This document shows, piece by piece, positions 7,499-14,262 of a stretch of 64,000 bases of DNA. The position numbers and the translations under genes were made by a program. The stretch is from Aggregatilineales bacterium. Its GTDB lineage: Bacteria > Chloroflexota > Anaerolineae > Aggregatilineales > Ch27. Under the pieces are notes generated by a model that was not told the DNA's origin, did no database searches, and worked only from the letters and a program-made list of their open reading frames with translations. Each line of letters begins with the position of its first letter. The stretch's first letter is position 1. The stretch is from positions 8,897 through 72,896 of the forward strand of contig JARKNX010000177.1 in assembly GCA_029976025.1 (NCBI GenBank). Reading direction: 5' to 3'.

Positions 7499-10120
7499 AT
7501 GGCCGGGCATATCTTCATCAGTTACTCAAGAAGGGATATCGATTTTGCCTCCAGACTGGCGGAAGATCTGAAGGATCGGGGCTTCAAAATCTGGATTGAC
7601 CGCGAGATCGAAGGCGGCGAACGCTGGCGCGCTTCTATCGGGAAGGCCCTGCGAGAAGCTAACGAAGCGATAATCGTCGTGTCGCCGCACTCCATGGCAT
7701 CGCGCTGGGTGATGTACGAAGGGTCGGTCGCCAGCGGCTTCGAGAAGCCGATCTATCCGGTGATGCTGGAGCCAGTCAGCGAGCTGCCTGTCTGGATGGA
7801 AGAAGTGCAGTATATCGACTTCCACCAGAAGCCTTACGAAACCGCCTTTCAGGAACTCGTAGATGCGCTGACGCCGCCCAACGTGTTTCAGGACCTGCTC
7901 GATCAACAGGTGCTGGCCTACCGGCAAACCGGCGAGCTGCTGGGGGAAGCCGTGCTGCGGTTGATCGACGAAAAGCGCGATCATCTGACTCTGACCGAAG
8001 AGGCCGAAGACCTGATCCAGCGGAGCAAGCAGGCGCTGGAATATCGCCGCCGCCTGGTTCGGGCCAGCGCCGGCGCGGCTATCCTGTTGAGCATCGTTGC
8101 CGTGATCGCCGGCATCCTCGCCCTGCGAGCCGGCAGCGAAGTGACCGCCGCCAGCGCCAGCCTGAGCACCGCCCAGGCCGATATGCTCCTGGCCAACAAT
8201 GACCTGGCCACCGCCCGGCTCGCCGTCACCGCCGCCGTCGGCGAACAAAGCACCGCCCAGGCCGAGATCGATATCGCCGCCACCCGGCAGGTTCAGGCCC
8301 AGCAGCAGCTTGCCACGGCCACTTCCGCCGTCGGTCAGGCCCAGGCGCGGATCGCGTTGGCCGAAGCACAGCTCGTGCGCCTGTTCGAGTCGACCGGCAC
8401 TGTGCCGGTCGGCCGCCGACCGCGCAGCATGATCTGGACCGGCGAGCGCCTCTGGGTAGCCAGCGAAGACAGCACCGTGATGCGCATCAACCCTGAGACA
8501 GGCCGCGTGGAGCAAACTGTCGCCCTGGATGCGCCGCCCACCACGCTGACCTGGGATGGGAGCAACCTGTGGGTCGCCTATCAGGACCGGCATCAGGTCC
8601 AGCGCATCGATCCGCAAACAGGGTCAGTCCAGCCGCCGCTCACTGTCGGCAACAATCCTTCCGCGCTGGTCTGGGCCGGGGACGGGCTGTGGGTCGCCAG
8701 CCGGCGCGATAACACCATTCAACGCCTGACCTCAACCGACGGCAATACGTGGACGGCGGGCGAGCCGATCGCCGTCGGGGTTGACCCGCGCGCGCTGCTG
8801 GCCGATGACCAGGGGCGGCTGTGGGTGGCCAACCGGGGCGATAACACCGTACAGGGTTTTGATAGCGCCAGCGGAGAGCTGCTGATAACCCTGTCCACCG
8901 GCCGCGGGCCGATGGCGCTGGCCTGGGACGGCCAGGCGCTCTGGGTCGCCAACCGGACGGAAAATACCGTCCAGCAGCTTGACCCGACCAGCGGCCGCGT
9001 CCTGACGACCGTGCCGGTGGATAAGGTTCCCGTCGCTCTGTTGTGGGACGGAGCCAGCCTGTGGATCGCCAACGACGGGCAGGACACTCTGATGCAGGTT
9101 GATCCGGGCAGCGGCAGAGTGCTCGTCCAGTTGGCGACCGGGCGCGATCCGCTGGCTATGGCCTGGGACGGCAGGCGGCTGTGGGCCATCAACAGTCGCG
9201 AAGATGCCATCAAGCGCATTGATGTCGATCAGGCCGCCATCCTGAGGACAATCTCCCTGCCGGACACGCCGCTGACTATGGTAGCGGTAGGCAGCAGCGG
9301 GCGGCTTTCTGTCGCCAGCGCCAGCGCCAACATCGTGCGCCACATCAATACCGCCGACCCCGAGCGCATGTCCTACACCGAATTGAATGACCGGCCAACC
9401 GACCTGGCCTGGACCAGCGGCAGCACAATCTGGATAGGCCGGCAGAACAACGCCCTGACCCCGACCAATGCTGTTGCGGGGGGCGTTCTGGGCAGCTCAA
9501 TCTCGCTCAGCCACACGCCGGCCGCGCTGGCCTATGACGGCAGCCATATGTGGGTCAGCAGTGAAGCTGAAAATCTGGTGTTCGAGGTTGATCTGCAGAC
9601 GGGCGCCCAGATTGGACGGCCCATTGTCGTGGGAAACGCGCCGGTGGACGTGCTGTGGGACGGCGAAAGGCTGTGGGTCGCCAACAGCGGCGACGACAGC
9701 GTGATGCGCGTCAACACCAATATCGGCCTGGTCTGGTCGCCGGTTCAGGTTGGCCACAACCCTCGCGCGCTGGCCTGGGATGGCGCTACGCTGTGGGTCG
9801 CCAACCGCGACAGCAACAACATTATGCAGATCAGCCCCGGGGGCACGGTGCTGGCCACCGTGACAGGCGTGGGCGAGCAGCCCTCAGCGCTGGCCTGGGA
9901 CGGGCACAGTCTGTGGGTCGCCAGCACCGGCAGCAACACCGTGCAGCAGATCGATCCGGTGACGGCCACTGTGCAGGCCACCGTGCCCGTCAATGAGCGC
10001 CCGATCGCCCTGAGCTGGGACGGCTCCAGTCTGTGGGTTGCCACTGAGCTGAACAGCCTGCAGGAGATCAATGCCCGCAGCCTGAATCTGCTGATGGACG
10101 CACGCCGGGCGATCAGATAG
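7499..10120 (+). CDS. TIR-domain / single-TM / coiled-coil / 14-blade beta-propeller receptor-like protein
   Basis: Start at MAGHIFISYSRRDIDFASRLAEDLKDRGFKIWID. TIR_2-like pattern includes the conserved Glu in SRWVMYEG (GAA at 7718-7720). TM helix AGAAILLSIVAVIAGILAL (8069-8125). An Ala/Gln-rich heptad region follows. From ~8396 there are 14 repeats of ~42 aa, most ending in (L/I)WVA(N/S/Y/T), a few degenerate. Confidence 0.85.
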   Translation: MAGHIFISYSRRDIDFASRLAEDLKDRGFKIWIDREIEGGERWRASIGKALREANEAIIVVSPHSMASRWVMYEGSVASGFEKPIYPVMLEPVSELPVWMEEVQYIDFHQKPYETAFQELVDALTPPNVFQDLLDQQVLAYRQTGELLGEAVLRLIDEKRDHLTLTEEAEDLIQRSKQALEYRRRLVRASAGAAILLSIVAVIAGILALRAGSEVTAASASLSTAQADMLLANNDLATARLAVTAAVGEQSTAQAEIDIAATRQVQAQQQLATATSAVGQAQARIALAEAQLVRLFESTGTVPVGRRPRSMIWTGERLWVASEDSTVMRINPETGRVEQTVALDAPPTTLTWDGSNLWVAYQDRHQVQRIDPQTGSVQPPLTVGNNPSALVWAGDGLWVASRRDNTIQRLTSTDGNTWTAGEPIAVGVDPRALLADDQGRLWVANRGDNTVQGFDSASGELLITLSTGRGPMALAWDGQALWVANRTENTVQQLDPTSGRVLTTVPVDKVPVALLWDGASLWIANDGQDTLMQVDPGSGRVLVQLATGRDPLAMAWDGRRLWAINSREDAIKRIDVDQAAILRTISLPDTPLTMVAVGSSGRLSVASASANIVRHINTADPERMSYTELNDRPTDLAWTSGSTIWIGRQNNALTPTNAVAGGVLGSSISLSHTPAALAYDGSHMWVSSEAENLVFEVDLQTGAQIGRPIVVGNAPVDVLWDGERLWVANSGDDSVMRVNTNIGLVWSPVQVGHNPRALAWDGATLWVANRDSNNIMQISPGGTVLATVTGVGEQPSALAWDGHSLWVASTGSNTVQQIDPVTATVQATVPVNERPIALSWDGSSLWVATELNSLQEINARSLNLLMDARRAIR

Positions 10121-10153
10121 GGAGCAGCGCGCCTGATCCAGCCTGAAAGCAGC

Positions 10154-10178
10154 GGCCCGACCGGTGCCTGGTCGGGCC
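10154..10178 (+). terminator. Hairpin terminator after the TIR gene
   Basis: GGCCCGACC-ggtgcct-GGTCGGGCC (9-bp GC-rich stem), 34 nt after the stop, followed by GTCTTGTG. It abuts the 3' end of the convergent tRNA. Confidence 0.5.
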
Positions 10179-10184
10179 GTCTTG

Positions 10185-10256
10185 TGACTCCGGGAGGACT
10201 CGAACCTCCAACCAATTGATTAAGAGTCAACTGCTCTGCCATTGAGCTACGGAGCC
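10185..10256 (-). tRNA. tRNA-Lys (anticodon CUU)
   Basis: Reverse complement folds as a cloverleaf: GGCTCCG TA GCTC AATGGCA GAGC A GTTGA CTCTTAA TCAAT TGGTT GGAGG TTCGAGT CCTCC CGGAGTC A. The anticodon loop C-T-CTT-A-A gives CTT. 72 nt; CCA is not encoded. Confidence 0.9.
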
Positions 10257-10270
10257 TCAACTACGACGGA

Positions 10271-10298
10271 ATTATACGCGGCAGGGGATGAATGTCAA
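10271..10298 (-). promoter_or_regulatory. Consensus sigma70 promoter of tRNA-Lys (TTGACA-16 nt-TATAAT)
   Basis: Reverse complement reads TTGACATTCATCCCCTGCCGCGTATAAT. The mature tRNA 5' end lies 14 nt downstream of the -10 element. Confidence 0.7.
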
Positions 10299-10332
10299 GT
10301 CAAAATCCGGCCTTAACACCCCTCGCCAGAGG

Positions 10333-11199
10333 CTACCGCAGGTTCACATCCAGCCAGACGACGAGGTCATTCAGAAGCGCCGGATCGGCGGTCAGCAGAT
10401 CGGTACCGTGTGCCGCGGTATCCAGCAGGCGCATCTCGTGCGGGCCGGTCGCCAGGCGGTCCAGCGCCTGCGCGGATGTGGCGCTGGTGACATCGCCCAC
10501 CCCGGCCACCAGCAGCAGCGGGCGATCGCCCAGTTGGGCTACAGCCCCCTCAGTAGTTACACCGCGGTAGTCCAGCCCCGGGCTGAGCGCGGCTACAACC
10601 TGACAGAACAGGTCCACCGCGCAGTCGTTTAGCGCCAGGTTTGCGCCGATGCTGGCCCCGACGAGGCCCAGCCGCTGCGGATCCACCCCGTCAATACCTC
10701 GCAGCGCGTCCATCATATCGGCCACATCCTGCCGGGCCAGCGCCCAATCCGGGGCGCCACCTGTCTCGCCAGACCCACGCAGATCGAACACGAGGACCGT
10801 GTACCCGGCCATCTGCAAAGGCGTCACCAGCGGCAGCCAGTCCTCCTTGCGCCCGCCCAGCATATGCAGCAGCAGGACAGCCGGCGTCGGCTCCGGCGTT
10901 CCCCGGAACAGCCACCCGCTCAGCCGCAGACCGTCGCTCCTGGCGACCGTCTGGAAAGGCTCGCTCGGCGGCAGCGGCACCGTGCTGTCGATATTGGCCC
11001 CGCTGGGCACGGCGGCGGCCGTCGGATCGTTGCGGCCCACGGCGGCCTCGATATCTCCCTGTTCGGGCAGCCTGATGACAACGGTCGGGCTGGCGGCAAT
11101 TTCCGGCAGGCTGGTGTGCGTCGGCGCGGGCGCCGGCGTCTCCGGCACGCAGGCCGCCAGCAGCAGCGCCGCCGCCACGATGGCTGATCGGCGGCTCAT
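10333..11199 (-). CDS. Secreted alpha/beta-hydrolase lipoprotein
   Basis: Lipoprotein signal MSRRSAIVAAALLLAAC. Nucleophile elbow LVGASIGAN (GxSxG). Fold markers LLLHMLGG...VLVFDLRGSG. Confidence 0.75.
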   Translation of the reverse strand: MSRRSAIVAAALLLAACVPETPAPAPTHTSLPEIAASPTVVIRLPEQGDIEAAVGRNDPTAAAVPSGANIDSTVPLPPSEPFQTVARSDGLRLSGWLFRGTPEPTPAVLLLHMLGGRKEDWLPLVTPLQMAGYTVLVFDLRGSGETGGAPDWALARQDVADMMDALRGIDGVDPQRLGLVGASIGANLALNDCAVDLFCQVVAALSPGLDYRGVTTEGAVAQLGDRPLLLVAGVGDVTSATSAQALDRLATGPHEMRLLDTAAHGTDLLTADPALLNDLVVWLDVNLR

Positions 11200-12005
11200 C
11201 GCTCTGCCTCCGGTCCGGGTGAAGCGTCACCCCGCCGGGCGGCCACAATCATGCGCGGGCATCCGTCCTCAAACGGGCCGCCCTCGTAGTCGCCATAAAA
11301 GGCCACCTTCTCCAGCCCGGTCAGGCGCAGCAGAAGCTCCATTTCTGCCGGAAAATAGTAGTGTAGCGTCAGGGGAGCCACCGTGCGCCGCACCGCGCCA
11401 TCCTGTCCCAGCTCGTCGTAAATCCAGGTGATGAACATCCTCTGGCTGGACCGGTCCAGATCGCTGACAGACTGCTGCATCACCATGCAGCCACTCTCCG
11501 GCTCGATGAACGTGCGCTCCAGCACGATGGAGCCATCATCCGGCGTGGAAAAGATGAAGCCCGTATCCGGTAGATCGATGATCAGCAGGCCATCCGGGCG
11601 CAGCCATTCTCTGAAGCGTCGCAGGGCCGCAAGCTGTTCTTCCTGAGTGCGCACATGCATGAACACATTATACGACACCAGAATCAGGGCGAACTGCTCG
11701 GCGAGATCGGCGCCGGTGATATCGGCCTGAAAAAAAGTCACCTGTGAGCGGAGGTCGGGCAGGACTTCCAGCTTGCGCCGGGCGCGGGCCAGCATCGGCG
11801 CGGTCGGCTCAAAACCGACCACCCGGTACCCTTCCTGCGCCAGATGCAGCACCACGCGGCCTGTCCCGCTGCCGACATCGAGGATCGGCCCGCCCGTCTC
11901 CGCCGCGACTTCGCTGTAAAACGGCAGGTCGTCTTCCTTATCGGCATTCTCAGCGTCATAGTAGCGGGCTACAATCTCGTAGAAATCGACCGATTCCTGT
12001 GACAC
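11196..12005 (-). CDS. Class I SAM-dependent methyltransferase
   Basis: Motif I ILDVGSGTGRVVLHLA. A GTG at 12005 is preceded by AGGAGGATACCAC, so it is preferred over the long N-terminal extension of the 327-aa track ORF. Confidence 0.75.
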   Translation of the reverse strand: MSQESVDFYEIVARYYDAENADKEDDLPFYSEVAAETGGPILDVGSGTGRVVLHLAQEGYRVVGFEPTAPMLARARRKLEVLPDLRSQVTFFQADITGADLAEQFALILVSYNVFMHVRTQEEQLAALRRFREWLRPDGLLIIDLPDTGFIFSTPDDGSIVLERTFIEPESGCMVMQQSVSDLDRSSQRMFITWIYDELGQDGAVRRTVAPLTLHYYFPAEMELLLRLTGLEKVAFYGDYEGGPFEDGCPRMIVAARRGDASPGPEAER

Positions 12006-12310
12006 GTGGTATCCTCCTGCGCCATCCCGCAACCTTCCACCCGAGAGCGCCAGCCCTGATTCTGTCATCCCCGCCGGCTTCCGGGGCGCCCCTTCAAACG
12101 TGCCCGGCGGAATGCCCGGCCGTCGTCGCCCGCCCGCCAGCATAACACGGATCAATCCGGGGCCACAATCTGCTGTCACCCGGACCCAATGCGGAGCCGT
12201 CAGCCAGGCCCGGAGCGCCGTAAGGAGAGCGTCAGGATCAAGCCGGTTGCATTCGCCCCTGTGGATGCTACACTACGGGCAGGCGTCACAGAGCATCTGA
12301 TTGTGTATCG

Positions 12311-12345
12311 GGGCGCACGCTGCAATCCGCCGTGCGCCGTTTTTG
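12311..12345 (+). terminator. Orphan intrinsic terminator upstream of the GH gene array
   Basis: GGCGCACG-ctgcaatccgc-CGTGCGCC followed by GTTTTTG. No plus-strand CDS lies upstream. A TTGCAT-16 nt-TACACT promoter-like element sits at 12247-12274. Confidence 0.5.
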
Positions 12346-12409
12346 ACTGTATTTCTACCGATCGATTATCTGTCCACTGATTAGCAGCACATTTCATGGA
12401 GCACTGGAA

Positions 12410-14065
12410 ATGACCCCCATGACCCTGTTCAGACTTCGGACCGTCCTCTTCATCTTCGTCGTGGCAGCGGTCGCCGTCGGCGGGATGCTCGCCCCCGCGC
12501 CGCGCGCCCTGGCTCAGGGACCGATCGCCGATGCGCAGGTCGTCACCGACTACCTGAACCTGCGGGCGACTCCTGATATAAACGCCCCGATTGTGCAGCG
12601 CCTCCCTTACGGCACGTTGCTGACGGCCCAGGGGCGTAACGCGGACGGCGCCTGGCTCTATATCAGCACGCCAGCCGGCGTCATGGGCTGGGTCCGGACC
12701 AACTGGCTCGCTCTGCGCAGCGGCCTGGATGTCATGTCCCTGCCGGTCACTCAGGCGTCGGGAACAGCCTCCCCGGCGCCTGTCGTGCCGGCGCCCGCAG
12801 CGGCGCAGCCCCCTGCCCAACCCGCAGAGGCTCCAGCCCCGATCGCGGCGGGCAGCCTGACAGTCAGCGCCACCAGCCGGGTCAATATGCGGAGCGGCCC
12901 CGGTACGCAGTACGGGCGGCTGGGCGTATTGTCGATCGGCACTCAAATGACCCTGCAGGCGCGCGACGCAACCAGCCAGTGGCTGTACGGCAGCACCGGC
13001 AGCATGACCGGCTGGGTTTCTGGCCTTTACCTCAACGCCGATCCGAACGTGATCGGCGGCCTGCCGGTAGCTGACGCTTCCGCCCCGACCAGCGGCGGAT
13101 CGGCGGGGGCGGCCCCGGCCCCGGCGGCCTCCTCTGCCGCCAGAGGGAGCTTCGGACTGGGCGGACAGGTCGCGGACTTCAGCCAGGACGGCTGGATGCG
13201 CAGCGCCGGCATGAGCTGGGTCAAGCGGCAGGTGGTCTACAACAACGGCGCCAACCCGGGCGACCAGGCCGGGCTGATCGCCGATGCGCATAACCGCGGC
13301 TTCCGTATCCTGCTCAGCGTTAAGGGGCATCCTGGCGAGCTGGCTGCCGACCCTAATTACCTCAACAATTTCGCCGGCTATCTGGGCGGGCTGGCCGCCG
13401 CCGGAGCCGACGCCATCGAAGTCTGGAATGAGATGAATATCGATCGCGAATGGCCGGCGGGCCGAATCGACCCGGGCTGGTACACCCAGATGCTGGCGGC
13501 CGCCTATAACGCGATCAAGGCCAATAACGGGAGCACAATCGTCATCAGCGGCGCGCCGTCCCCGACCGGGGCGGAAGGCGCTTTCGGCCTCTCCCGCGTG
13601 TGGAATGACGACCGTTATGTGCGCGGGATGGCCGCCGCCGGAGCCGCCAGCTACATGGATTGCGTTGGCGTGCACTACAATGAAGGCATTGTCTCGCCCT
13701 CTCAGCGAAGCGGTGACCCCCGCGATGGTTACTACACCCGCTATTTCTGGGGCATGGTGGACACCTACTGGAACGCCTTCGGCGGGCGCAGGCCGCTGTG
13801 CTTCACCGAGATTGGCTACCTCTCGCCAGAGGGCTACGGGGCGCTGCCCGGCGGCTTCGCCTGGGCGCAGAATGTGACCGTTGCCCAGCAGGCGCAGTGG
13901 CTGGGCGAAGCGGCGCGGCTGGCCCGCAACAGCGGCAAGGTGAGCCTGTTCATTGTCTGGAACGTGGACTTCACCGGTCGCTGGGGCGATGACCCGATGG
14001 GCGGCTACGCCATCGTGCGCCCCGGCGGCGATTGCCCGGCCTGTCGCGCGCTGGCCAGCAGCTAA
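12410..14065 (+). CDS. Secreted 2x SH3b + clan GH-A (GH5-like TIM-barrel) glycoside hydrolase, paralog A
   Basis: Signal/TM at the N-terminus. Two SH3b-like modules (YLNLRATPD...GWVRTNWL; RVNMRSGPG...GWVSGLYL) with PA-rich linkers. Catalytic-type motifs IEVWNEMNIDREW (acid/base NE) and CFTEIGY (nucleophile TE). C-terminal YAIVRPGGDCPAC. Confidence 0.8.
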   Translation: MTPMTLFRLRTVLFIFVVAAVAVGGMLAPAPRALAQGPIADAQVVTDYLNLRATPDINAPIVQRLPYGTLLTAQGRNADGAWLYISTPAGVMGWVRTNWLALRSGLDVMSLPVTQASGTASPAPVVPAPAAAQPPAQPAEAPAPIAAGSLTVSATSRVNMRSGPGTQYGRLGVLSIGTQMTLQARDATSQWLYGSTGSMTGWVSGLYLNADPNVIGGLPVADASAPTSGGSAGAAPAPAASSAARGSFGLGGQVADFSQDGWMRSAGMSWVKRQVVYNNGANPGDQAGLIADAHNRGFRILLSVKGHPGELAADPNYLNNFAGYLGGLAAAGADAIEVWNEMNIDREWPAGRIDPGWYTQMLAAAYNAIKANNGSTIVISGAPSPTGAEGAFGLSRVWNDDRYVRGMAAAGAASYMDCVGVHYNEGIVSPSQRSGDPRDGYYTRYFWGMVDTYWNAFGGRRPLCFTEIGYLSPEGYGALPGGFAWAQNVTVAQQAQWLGEAARLARNSGKVSLFIVWNVDFTGRWGDDPMGGYAIVRPGGDCPACRALASS

Positions 14066-14148
14066 CTGGTCGCTCCGCGGCCCGGGACGCTTTTCTTCAG
14101 GAGAAGTCAGGAATTCTCCTGAAAACTGTGGTACACTTGCCGGCTTGT

Positions 14149-14188
14149 GACGGCGCTCCCGCGACACAAGTACAGTGGGAGCGCCGTC
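14149..14188 (+). other. Perfect 12-bp inverted repeat (hairpin) in the GH-A/GH-B spacer
   Basis: GACGGCGCTCCC-16 nt-GGGAGCGCCGTC. A second 10-bp hairpin TTCAGGAGAA-8 nt-TTCTCCTGAA lies at 14096-14123. Confidence 0.5.
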
Positions 14189-14262
14189 AGGGCAGTCATC
14201 AATTCAGACGTGACAGCCCCCGGAACTCGAACAATTACAGGCAGTGTAAGGAATGATGACGC

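Noticed and set aside
8396-10090. Periodic ~126-nt repeats (ctgtgggtcgcc...), with analogous periodicity inside 52719-62045, considered as CRISPR or tandem-repeat arrays.
   Set aside because: They lie in frame within long ORFs and encode beta-propeller blades and GAF-domain helices. The repeats are imperfect and lack spacer/repeat structure. No cas genes are present.
7499-10120. Canonical Thoeris (ThsB) interpretation of the TIR protein.
   Set aside because: No ThsA-like SIR2/Macro/SLOG gene, nor any other known TIR-signal effector, lies within the flanking genes (aminopeptidase, tRNA, hydrolase lipoprotein, methyltransferase). The architecture (TM plus propellers) differs from ThsB.
7253-10300. 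Possible genomic island carrying the TIR gene, integrated at the 3' end of tRNA-Lys.
   Set aside because: No integrase, recombinase or transposase is present. I found no direct repeat of the tRNA 3' end near 7250-7500 or 5300-5660, and no obvious compositional break. The adjacency alone is insufficient.
12200-14167. 655-aa minus-strand ORF, with similar long antisense ORFs at 53-988(-), 2434-3723(+), 4253-5458(+), 7526-8617(-), 17336-18835(-), 32774-33727(-), 38054-39193(+), 42825-43988(-), 44877-45731(-), 52221-53561(+), 57480-58613(+) and 59730-61697(+).
   Set aside because: Each is the mirror of a strongly supported gene on the other strand. They are Arg/Gly/Ala/Pro-rich with no motifs. 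Long stop-free antisense frames are expected in high-GC DNA.
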